From Blastocladiella emersonii ATCC 22665 (taxonomy: Eukaryota; Fungi; Blastocladiomycota), in assembly GCA_025594325.1 (NCBI GenBank), contig JANHCV010000010.1, positions 744,001 to 808,000 of the forward strand: a stretch of 64,000 bases of DNA, given 5' to 3'. Both the position numbers and the translations under genes were made by a program. The notes under the pieces are model-generated. The model saw only the letters and a list, made by a program, of their open reading frames with translations. It was not told where the DNA came from and searched no databases. Within the stretch, counting starts at the first letter, position 1. Every line of letters starts with the position of its first letter. Shown piece after piece: positions 34,072 through 43,008 of the stretch.

Positions 34072-36015
34072 ATGGTCAAGAATATCTTTAACGTCTCAAG
34101 TACTGCGTCTCCGACTGTGTCTACCACGGGGGTCCCGGACGTGTCCAAGGCCTACGTTGACGCAGCCATCAGTGCCGTGTACGCCACGGTTGGCACACCT
34201 GTTGCTGGCCCTGGCGTGGCAGTCTCAGGGACCACTGTGTCGGCCAAGGTCGACAACCAGACCCTTGGCGTGGGCGCAGCAGGGCTCTATGTCAAGTCGG
34301 TTGGCACGGCACAGCTGCTCCCGGCCAGCGTCACGGCCGACAAGGTCGCCACGATTACAGCAGGGCAGGTCACTGGCAAGCTCGTCGATGCTCAGCTGGA
34401 CACTGTGTCTGCGTCCAAGGTCGTGGGCGTGCTCAGTGCGTCCAACCTCCCAGCCGTCGGAACCTCGGTCCTGGCAGACGGCTCAGTGACAGATGCCAAG
34501 GTTGCGTCTGTGTCCGGGTCCAAGCTCGTGGCAGGCACAGTCGGGACCTCGGTCCTGGCAGACGGCTCAGTGACTGATGCCAAGGTCGCGTCCATGTCCG
34601 GGTCCAAGCTCGTGGCAGGCACGGTCGGCACAGCGGCTCTTGTTGACCTGGCAGTCACAGATGCCAAGGTCGCGTCCGTGTCTGGGTCCAAGCTCGTTGC
34701 AGGGACTATTGGGACGGGAGCCCTGGCAGACGGTGCCGTATCCAACGCCAAGGTGGCAGCTGGCATCGACGGGTCCAAGCTGGCAGCGGGCACGGTCGGC
34801 TCCCTGGTCCTGGCAGACGCGGCCGTGACCAACGCCAAGCTGGCAACTGGCATCGATGGGGGCAAGCTCAACGTTGGGTCCATTGGAACAGCCCACCTGG
34901 CAGCAGGCGCAGTCACGGACGCCAAGGTTGCGGACGTGTCGGCGGTCAAGCTCACTGGGATCCTCAACCCTGCCCGCATCGCCGACGGGACCCTGACCAA
35001 CGCCAAGCTGGCATCTGGCATTGACTCGGCCAAGCTTGCAGGGACCATTGACCTGGCACGACTCCCCGACGTCTCGGCCAAGGTCACGGCGGTGAGCGCA
35101 GCCTCGGTCGCTGGCACGCTCCCCCAGTCCACCCTTGGGCTTGGCGCTGCCTTTGCCTTTGCAAATACGACGGACAGTTTGACATCAAGCACTGGAGCAG
35201 TCACCATTGCTGGTGGTCTTGGAGTTGGCAAGCAACTGACTGTGCCCAACGTCCTGGTCCGGAATGCCACAAGCGCGAACCTTGTCTTTGACTCGGCTGC
35301 CAATACATTGACGTACGTCGACTTTAAGCAGGCAGGCGTACTGCGAAGCAACCTGGCATGCACAGCGGCAGGTAACATTGAGATTGCGTCTGCGACCACG
35401 GGCGGGGTCTCCCTTGTGGCAGGTGGCGGCAATGTGGTCGTGGGCTCGGCGACGCTTGGCACAGAAAGGTTCCGCGTCAATGGCACTGGTCGCTTCACAG
35501 GGCAGCTCACCCTTGACCTCGCTCCAGTGGCAGGCACCGACGCGGCAAACAAGGCGTACGTTGACTCGCGGTCTGGCACGACCCGGTACGTCGCTCAGGC
35601 CGAGCACCGCTCTACAAACGGAGTGACCACGGGCGGCAAGATCATTGGCGGCACAGCATCGACGGGCCCGGCCACCTTTGCGTTCCAGTCCACGGCGGGC
35701 GCGTTCACGTCTGTGATCAATGGATGCGTCAAACCCCCTGTCAGTGGCTACTACCTCGTCCATGCAAAGGGCTACTACGCAAACGGCGCGCTCCCTGGAG
35801 CCCACACTGTGAACTTTGCGCTGTACAATATGACGGACATGATTGCAGTGTCGCTTGTCACCGGGTGCCGCGCTGAAGGCAACGTCCAGTTCCTTCAGTT
35901 CTCGAGCATTGAGTACCTTGACGCGGCCAAGAGCTACTCTTTCATCTGGATCCCGTCGGTCGCAGTTGCCAACGACTGCCAGGTCATCATTCAAAGCCAC
36001 TGGACCCTGCTCTAA
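34072..36015 (+). CDS. Fibre/spike protein with 28-aa repeats
   Basis: VGTSVLADGSVTDAKVASVSGSKLVAGT repeats (84-bp period); DAANKAYVD motif typical of phage-type fibres. Confidence 0.8.
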   Translation: MVKNIFNVSSTASPTVSTTGVPDVSKAYVDAAISAVYATVGTPVAGPGVAVSGTTVSAKVDNQTLGVGAAGLYVKSVGTAQLLPASVTADKVATITAGQVTGKLVDAQLDTVSASKVVGVLSASNLPAVGTSVLADGSVTDAKVASVSGSKLVAGTVGTSVLADGSVTDAKVASMSGSKLVAGTVGTAALVDLAVTDAKVASVSGSKLVAGTIGTGALADGAVSNAKVAAGIDGSKLAAGTVGSLVLADAAVTNAKLATGIDGGKLNVGSIGTAHLAAGAVTDAKVADVSAVKLTGILNPARIADGTLTNAKLASGIDSAKLAGTIDLARLPDVSAKVTAVSAASVAGTLPQSTLGLGAAFAFANTTDSLTSSTGAVTIAGGLGVGKQLTVPNVLVRNATSANLVFDSAANTLTYVDFKQAGVLRSNLACTAAGNIEIASATTGGVSLVAGGGNVVVGSATLGTERFRVNGTGRFTGQLTLDLAPVAGTDAANKAYVDSRSGTTRYVAQAEHRSTNGVTTGGKIIGGTASTGPATFAFQSTAGAFTSVINGCVKPPVSGYYLVHAKGYYANGALPGAHTVNFALYNMTDMIAVSLVTGCRAEGNVQFLQFSSIEYLDAAKSYSFIWIPSVAVANDCQVIIQSHWTLL

Positions 36016-37124
36016 AGCCCGCGGTCCCACTTTTCTTGGACTCGGACTGGGACGCGCCTGACCCGGGTCGAGGGCTCCCTTGGCGTGACTGGGGTGCGCG
36101 CAACAGGGAGCCTTGGAAGACCTGGACCTACACGCTGCCTTGTTGGCGGGTCCTGGGTCGCTGTGACTGGCTGGACGTCGCTTCGAGGGTAGAAGCCCTT
36201 GAGGCCTTGGACCTTGTAGCTCGGATTGCTCACGCCCGACCCCTTGCGCACGACCTGGACCTGGCTCACAGTTGTCGACCAGACCGGCTTCCCCTTGGCC
36301 TCCATGGCAGTCTTGTACGGCTCGCGGACTCGGACCTGGGTCCCTACCTTCAACAACGCGCTCAGAGGGTCGCCCTCGGGCTTGCCCTTGGCAGCTCGGA
36401 TCTCCTTGAGCTCTTGCTTGGCCGTTTCGCGGGGCATGTCATGGAACGCGTTGGGTGCCTTGCTTGTGGCCCTCGACTTGCTGCTGTTGATCACAGATTC
36501 AATGGTCTCGAGGTGCTTGGGCCAGTCGTTGTTGCCTGGGATGGACAGCCACGGTGTGAGCATCCGGCGGATGGTCCCGTTCATGCGTTCAACAACACCT
36601 TGACCGTATGGCACTCCTGCCTTGCCCTTGATGTGCTTGGCCTCGGTCCCGGCCTCTATGCCAAAGAACTCGGTCCCATTGTCCGTCTGGATCGTGGCAG
36701 GTGCAAGGCTGTGCTTGGCGACCACGCTGGACCATGCTTCCCGCGTCTTGTCCTTGGTCTTGATGGGTTGGAGGTAGACGCAGCGGCTCGCCAGGTCGAC
36801 ACACGTGAGAATGTAACGGAAGCCCTTGTACGTACCGTTTTCGCCCATGTCAATGAGGTTGAGCTGAAAGTTGCGGCCAGGACTTGTTGAGTTGATGCTT
36901 CGAATGTCTCGGCGCTTCTGAGGTGCGCGCTTGTACTGCTGCCACACGGACTGGTTGTTGAGCCACCGCTCGAGCTGGGCGCGGTAGATGTGCTTCCCTG
37001 TGTGCTCTTGGTCGACAATGTCAAAGAGCCAACGGATGCCAACCCCAACATGGCCGCGTTTGTAGTACAAGTCTTTCAGGTACTCGGTCTGTTCAGCAGT
37101 CAAAGGTTCTTCGTGGGCATACAT
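36012..37124 (-). CDS. Retroviral-type (rve) integrase, Polinton/Maverick-like; first catalytic Asp appears replaced by Asn
   Basis: LKDLYY...WLNNQ N-terminus; FQLNLIDM, YILTCVD, IQTDNGTEF, VVERMNGTIRR; C-terminal VGTQVRV SH3-like region. Confidence 0.92.
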   Translation of the reverse strand: MYAHEEPLTAEQTEYLKDLYYKRGHVGVGIRWLFDIVDQEHTGKHIYRAQLERWLNNQSVWQQYKRAPQKRRDIRSINSTSPGRNFQLNLIDMGENGTYKGFRYILTCVDLASRCVYLQPIKTKDKTREAWSSVVAKHSLAPATIQTDNGTEFFGIEAGTEAKHIKGKAGVPYGQGVVERMNGTIRRMLTPWLSIPGNNDWPKHLETIESVINSSKSRATSKAPNAFHDMPRETAKQELKEIRAAKGKPEGDPLSALLKVGTQVRVREPYKTAMEAKGKPVWSTTVSQVQVVRKGSGVSNPSYKVQGLKGFYPRSDVQPVTATQDPPTRQRVGPGLPRLPVARTPVTPREPSTRVRRVPVRVQEKWDRGL

Positions 37125-37152
37125 TGTATTAACAAAGGTGGAGACAAAAGGA

Positions 37153-38280
37153 TTACTGAGGCGTCATGTAGTAGGTCAGCGCAACGGGGACGCTGTGACC
37201 CATCTCGTGCGCGCGTTTGGCAATAGCTTGCTGCGCAGCAAAGTTCTCACTGGTGGAGATACGGCGGATCACTGCCACGCCGCCATCCTCAAAGCCGACC
37301 GTCTTTGCAGCCCAACTAATCGACGTACACCAGGTGCTGCTAACCCTCTTGCGGAGCGTGGTGTCCTTGAGCTCCTCGAGGGTGTAGTTGTTGAAGACAA
37401 AGTCATGACCTTCGGCGAGACGCTGGGCGAGGATACGCTTGAGAGCGGCGGCGACCTTGGGCTCACTAACTGTGTGCGAGAAGTTGTAGCCACAGCCCTC
37501 TGTCTTGACAATGACATCGCCGGCCAGAATCTGGGTCTCTGGGTCGTAGTACGGGTACCCAGTGGTTGGCTTCGTGGTCAGGAACGCAGGGTCGGAGCGC
37601 ACCGCACTCACAACTTGGAGGTACAGACGCAGGAGCCCCGTGCCCGAGCCCTTTGCATCAACAATAGCGGCGCAAATGGCGTCACGGCTTGGGAGCGCAC
37701 CAGACTCGAGTTCCTTGCGCGCGTTGCGGAAGTCGGCAGCGTCCTGCTTCTTGGCCTCTGTGTACTTGGCCCCGAGTTCGGTCCACCCGTTCCAGGTGCA
37801 GTACTTGGCCAGGGCCTTGAGCGTCTCGACCTGCAGACCCTGGACGTTCTTGGACCCCTTGATCGCGCGGTACGTGGCCACGGCCTTGGACACGGCATTG
37901 ACGTTGTGGATATCCATGCCCGACTTGGCAAATGCAAGGAGCACGCAAGTTGTCTTGGTCTTGTCCGTGTCGCTCAGCGTGGCCTGCTCCCCGTTCTTGT
38001 CCACCACAGGCGCGTTGACACATGCCTCGATGGCATCCTCAGTCAGCTCAGCAAACTTGACCTTGGGGGTGTCGACTTCCACGGGAGTGACTTGCTGATC
38101 AGCGCCGTGATCTGGGTCGTGTGACTCGATGGCCTTGAGTCGCGCGTCCAAGTCCTTGAAGCGCTTGTTGATTGACCCAAACACGGGCTGGAGCTTGTCC
38201 ATGACTTGCTGCACCACGTCTGCGGCAACATGCTGAGCGAGGGCAACGGCGACCTGGGAGGCAACAGACTCGAGCGACAT
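37153..38280 (-). CDS. Tyrosine recombinase-family protein
   Basis: Ordered candidate catalytic set: R (SAVRSD), K (IVKT), R (VIRR), H (MGHS), Y (LTYY) at the C-terminus. Confidence 0.7.
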   Translation of the reverse strand: MSLESVASQVAVALAQHVAADVVQQVMDKLQPVFGSINKRFKDLDARLKAIESHDPDHGADQQVTPVEVDTPKVKFAELTEDAIEACVNAPVVDKNGEQATLSDTDKTKTTCVLLAFAKSGMDIHNVNAVSKAVATYRAIKGSKNVQGLQVETLKALAKYCTWNGWTELGAKYTEAKKQDAADFRNARKELESGALPSRDAICAAIVDAKGSGTGLLRLYLQVVSAVRSDPAFLTTKPTTGYPYYDPETQILAGDVIVKTEGCGYNFSHTVSEPKVAAALKRILAQRLAEGHDFVFNNYTLEELKDTTLRKRVSSTWCTSISWAAKTVGFEDGGVAVIRRISTSENFAAQQAIAKRAHEMGHSVPVALTYYMTPQ

Positions 38281-38405
38281 GGTTTACTGACTGTCAACAA
38301 AAAGGCTCCATGGGCTCAAGTGCGTTTGAACGCAACGTTCTTTTTTCTGGGTAGCTGGGCCTGGGTCAGGGTCAGGGTGGTGGCAAGTCATGGACCGTGG
38401 GAGGG

Positions 38406-39720
38406 CCCAGGTCACGGTTTGAGAGGTTCGTGACCTCGGCCTCTGCTGGTGCCCAAGTCGGGGTCATGGGGGGGGGGGGTGGAGGTCCGGTTCTTCGCCG
38501 TCAGTCGCGTCCCAGGTCACGGTTTGAGCGGATCGTGACCTCGGCCTCGACTGGCTCCCAAGTTGAGCTCATGGGGGGTTCGTGACCTCGGCCTCTGCTG
38601 GTGCACAAGTCGGGGTCATGGGGGGTGGAGGTCCGGTTCTTCGCCATCAGTCGCGTCCCAGGTCACGGTTTGAGCGGATCGTGACCTCGGCCTCGACTGG
38701 CTCCCAAGTTGAGCTCATGGGGGGTTTGTGACCTCGGCCTCTGCTGGCGCCCAAGTCGGGGTCATGGGGGGTGGAGGTCCGGTTCTTCGCACTCAGTCGT
38801 GTCCCAGGTCACAGTTTGAGCGGATCGTGACCTCGGCCTCGACTGGCTCCCAAGTTGAGCTCATGGGGGGTTCGTGACCTCGGCCTCTGCTGGCGCCCAA
38901 GTCGGGGTCATGGGGGGTGGAGGTCCGGTTCTTCGCCCTCAGTTGTGTCCCAGGTCACGGTTTGAGCGGATCGTGACCTCGGCCTCGACTGGCTCCCAAG
39001 TTGGGCTCATGGGGGGTTTGTGACCTCGGCCTCTGCTGGCGCCCAAGTCGGGGTCATGGGGGGGGGAGGCCCGGTTCTTCGCCGTCAGTCGTGTCCCAGG
39101 TCACAGTTTGAGCGGATCGTGACCTCGGACCCTACTGGCTCCCAAGTTGGGCTCCTGGGGGGGTCTGTGACTTTGCCCTCAGTCGCTGCCCAGGTCACGG
39201 TTTGAGAGGTTCGTGACCTGAGACGCGATTGGCTCCCAAGTTGGGCTCCTGGGGGGTCCGTGACTTTGCCCTCAGTTGCTGCCCAGGTCACGGTTTGAGC
39301 GGGCCGTGACCTCGGCCTCTGCTGGCTCCCAAGTTGGGCTCCTGGGGGGTCCGTGACTTTGCCCTCAGTCGCTGCCCAGGTCACGGTTTGAGCGGGCCGT
39401 GACCTCGGCCTCTGCTGGCTCCCAAGTTTGGGCTCCTGGGGGGTCCGTGACTTTGCCCTCAGTCGCTGCCCAGGTCACGGTTCAAGGATCGTGACCTGAG
39501 ACGCGATTGGCTCCCAAGTTGGGCTCCTGGGGGTCTGTGACTTTGCCCTCAGTCGCTGCCCAGGTCACGGTTCAAGGATCGTGACCTCGGACCCTACTGG
39601 CTCCCAAGTTGGGCTCCTGGGGGGTCCGTGACTTTGCCCTCAGTCGCTGCCCAGGTCACGGTTCAAGGATTGTGACATCGGCCTCAACTGGCTCCCAAGT
39701 CGGGGTCATGGGGGAGGTCG
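38406..39720 (+). repeat. Tandem array of hairpin-containing units (4 x 146 bp, then ~6 x 90-94 bp, plus partial end units)
   Basis: CCCAGGTCAC starts at 38406, 38511, 38657, 38803, 38949, 39095, 39189, 39282, 39375, 39469, 39559, 39650. Confidence 0.95.
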
Positions 39721-39888
39721 TGTCTGGGTCAGGGACAGGTCACGCAAGGGCAGCCGGGCCTGGGTCAGGACAGTGGCAAGTCATGGGCCATGCCAACAAG
39801 GGCTCCCGGGTCACAGCCATTAGCGCTAAATCCTGCGCGTTTAAACGCACCTGCCCTGTCACCTTTTCTGTTACCTCATCATAACAAC

Positions 39889-42800
39889 ATGGTCTGCGAG
39901 ACGGTCCCCGACAATGCAGGTGGCAAATCCTTTGGTCTCCAGTGGTACCGTGGCAAGGACGGCGGCGGCAGCGACATGGGCCCTCAGCGCAAGCTCTTGT
40001 CCGAGCTGCAAGACGACGAGACGGTCATCAAGCGCCTCATCAACAAGGGCGTCGACAACCATGGCGAACCCAAGGCGGCGCACTATTTTGCCAAGGTCAA
40101 GACAGTGGGCCTGGCTGGGCTCCTCAACAAGAACCGCTGCATCCAGGAGATGGTCCACCCCGAGCGCCTGTCCAAGGTCTACTTTGACATTGACTGCCCG
40201 GGCAACAACAAGGACGTGACGCTGGACGTCATCAAGAAGGTCATCCTGGCCCAGTTCCCCGGCGCCAACCTCCAGGTCTGCGGCTACGAGACGGACCTCA
40301 AAAAGTCGTGGCACATTGTCCTCAGCAACTACACGGCCACGCTCAAGGACATGTCGTTCCTGAAGCTGTTCTGCAGCCACCCCGACCACGTCAAGCTCGG
40401 CTTTGACGCCAGCGTGTACAGCAAGCACCGCTTCATGAAGTGCATCAACCAGTCCAAGCCCAAGAAGACACCCGGCACGTTCAAGGCAGGGAACAAGGAC
40501 CGCCTGTCCAAGCATCTGATCCAGTACGACTTTGACCCCAACTGCGTGCCGATCTCGGACCTGTCCTTTGTCGAGTTTGTGTCTGCCAAGGCCAAGGCAG
40601 CGCGGGCCAAGCGCCGCAAGGGTCGCTTTGACTACGACCTCGACATCCCCAAGTTCAAGGACGTGCAGATCGACCCCGACTTCTTCTACTACAACGCCAC
40701 GCCACTCGAGATCCTCCACAACCTCCCTGTCAGCCCCGAGAACGCGTTCCACAACAACGTGACCTGGCTGATCATGACCTGGGCCATGCGCAAGGGTGTC
40801 ACCTTTGAACAGTTCTGGGCGTGGACGTCGCAGCAGGACAACTCGGCTCAGCGCTTTGCCAAGTACCAGCAGCGGTGGGGCGAGATTGCCAGCAACTGCG
40901 ACTACCAGGTGCCAGACAAGTTCATCAAGGCCATCTTCTACAAGCGGTTCCGGGACGCGTTCAAGTCCAAGGCCATGATCAAGTTTGAGCAGTCGCTCCA
41001 GGTCCCCGCCGACGTGACCGTCCCCAACCAGTTCCTGAGCTGCAACGACATTACCGAGGCCAAGTTCAACGTGCTGGCCACGGGCATGGGCTCCAACAAG
41101 ACAGGCGCTGTTTGCGACTACATTGCCAAGTACCCAGACGCGCGAGTGGTCTGGATCACACCTCGCATCACCCTGGCCCACAACACCGAGGGTCGAGCCC
41201 GCGAACAGAAGCTTGGCTTTGTCAACTACCGCAGCATCAAGGACAAGAAGACACTGGGGGATCACAAGCGACTCATTGTCTCGCCGTGCTCGCTGCACTA
41301 CTTGACCGAGCCCTACAACATTGTTGTGGTGGACGAGTCCGAGACAGTCCTCAAGATGTTCCAGGACGCCAAGTTGCACACAACCACCATTCGCAACAAC
41401 CTCGAGGCCAACCTCAAGGCCTTCAAGACGCTGTGCGAGCACAAGGGCAGCAAGGGTATCTTCATGGACGCGTTTGTCACGAACCTGACTATGGACGTCC
41501 TCCGCTCCTTTACTGTTGAGCACAACATCAAGACCATACTCCATGGTAAGATCAAGGTGATCACGAACACGCTTGGCAAGGAGTTTGAGCCGCGCAAGAT
41601 GAGCCTCATCACCGACAACAAGGACAAGGACAAGGAGAAGTCCGCCGAAGACATCATGGAGAGCAACATCATTGCCGACCTCAAGGCCAACAAGAAGCTC
41701 TACCTCTTCCTCCCACGACCATGCAAGAAGTCAACCAAGTGGTCGGTGCAGACCTTTGGCGAGTACCTTGAGCGGGTCTTTGCCGAGGAGACGTGGAAGA
41801 TTGGCAAGCAGATCAAGCTCTACCACGGCGACCGCCCCAACCACGAGGACAAGGAACTCATTGACCCCAACTCTGTGTGGGGCGACAATACGGTCCGTAT
41901 AGTCATCGCCAACCTCAAGATCACCATTGGCGTCAACTTCTCGACAAAGAACAAGTTTGACAAGGTGTACGCGCGCTACGAGTCCTGGGTCCCTGCCCGC
42001 AACTTCTTCCAGGCAATCTACCGCGTGCGCTACCCCATTGACAACGAGATCGTGTTCATGATCAGCAATGGTTGCCACGGCGCGTACATGAACAAGTCCC
42101 AGGTTATTAACTCAGACTTGGTCGGCAAACTTCACCAGGCCATTGTCAAGAACACAGATCTCGAGAACGAGATGGCCGCTGTGACCTCGTGCCTCAAGGT
42201 CTTTGACACCTTCCGCAAGGTTGCCAACATTGTCATGGACGACTCCCCCGAGTACTACTACAAGGCGCACCCCGAGATTGAGGATGTCATGACATCGGGC
42301 TGGTCCTTTGACTGGGCAAACGTCCAGCTTCCATCCAAGGAGACCCTGCGCGACCACTGCAAGGGTACACTCAAGGACCCGGACTGGACCATCTGCCTCT
42401 CCGTCCGCAAGGCCTTCTTCATCCGCAAGTTCAAGGGTCTGAGCGAGAACAACATGGAGGCCATCTGGGACGACAACGCCGAGCGCTTCATGGAACGTAT
42501 CCAGTACTTTTACACCAAGGACAAGGCCCACGTCCTGCACAAGCTCCTTGACCACAACGGCATGGACCTCCGCACGTCCGAGGAGTTCAACATCCAGGCC
42601 ACCATCCCCGCCACGTTTGAAGCAGACATCCACAAGTACTTCAAGAAGCTTGGGTATTACAAGTGTGACACAGCAACAGTCCTAAACAGGCTTCTCAGCA
42701 CTTACTTTAACAAGTGCCTTGCTGTGCCAGACAAGGATGAACCCCGGGTCTCAGTACGCGGCAAGAAGTACACTAACCTGAAGTGGACGGAAGACATCAA

Positions 42801-42909
42801 CTACTTTGTCATGTACAAGACCTGGACCACTGCCCCGGCCGAGTCGGCGCCATTTGTCCTGGAGCTGGACCTGGACGAGGTCTACGACGAGCTCATCAAC
42901 GAGCCCTAA
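39889..42909 (+). CDS. AEP primase-polymerase fused to a UL9-like superfamily-2 helicase
   Basis: AEP motifs YFDID, KKSWHI, DASVYSKHRFMK..QSK; PriCT-like segment; helicase GMGSNKT, VVVDESE, FMDA, ITIGVNF, FQAIYRVR. Confidence 0.85.
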   Translation: MVCETVPDNAGGKSFGLQWYRGKDGGGSDMGPQRKLLSELQDDETVIKRLINKGVDNHGEPKAAHYFAKVKTVGLAGLLNKNRCIQEMVHPERLSKVYFDIDCPGNNKDVTLDVIKKVILAQFPGANLQVCGYETDLKKSWHIVLSNYTATLKDMSFLKLFCSHPDHVKLGFDASVYSKHRFMKCINQSKPKKTPGTFKAGNKDRLSKHLIQYDFDPNCVPISDLSFVEFVSAKAKAARAKRRKGRFDYDLDIPKFKDVQIDPDFFYYNATPLEILHNLPVSPENAFHNNVTWLIMTWAMRKGVTFEQFWAWTSQQDNSAQRFAKYQQRWGEIASNCDYQVPDKFIKAIFYKRFRDAFKSKAMIKFEQSLQVPADVTVPNQFLSCNDITEAKFNVLATGMGSNKTGAVCDYIAKYPDARVVWITPRITLAHNTEGRAREQKLGFVNYRSIKDKKTLGDHKRLIVSPCSLHYLTEPYNIVVVDESETVLKMFQDAKLHTTTIRNNLEANLKAFKTLCEHKGSKGIFMDAFVTNLTMDVLRSFTVEHNIKTILHGKIKVITNTLGKEFEPRKMSLITDNKDKDKEKSAEDIMESNIIADLKANKKLYLFLPRPCKKSTKWSVQTFGEYLERVFAEETWKIGKQIKLYHGDRPNHEDKELIDPNSVWGDNTVRIVIANLKITIGVNFSTKNKFDKVYARYESWVPARNFFQAIYRVRYPIDNEIVFMISNGCHGAYMNKSQVINSDLVGKLHQAIVKNTDLENEMAAVTSCLKVFDTFRKVANIVMDDSPEYYYKAHPEIEDVMTSGWSFDWANVQLPSKETLRDHCKGTLKDPDWTICLSVRKAFFIRKFKGLSENNMEAIWDDNAERFMERIQYFYTKDKAHVLHKLLDHNGMDLRTSEEFNIQATIPATFEADIHKYFKKLGYYKCDTATVLNRLLSTYFNKCLAVPDKDEPRVSVRGKKYTNLKWTEDINYFVMYKTWTTAPAESAPFVLELDLDEVYDELINEP

Positions 42910-43008
42910 GACAGTCCACGACCTGCCACGCTGCCTTCCTGCCTGCTAAGACGCTGCCTGCTAAGACGCTCCCTTGCCCTGACCCCTGTCCCGCCCAATA
43001 CATTGATG

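Noticed and set aside
38406-39720. Repeat array as a CRISPR locus
   Set aside because: Units are whole tandem duplicates without unique spacers, no cas genes are present and the context is eukaryotic
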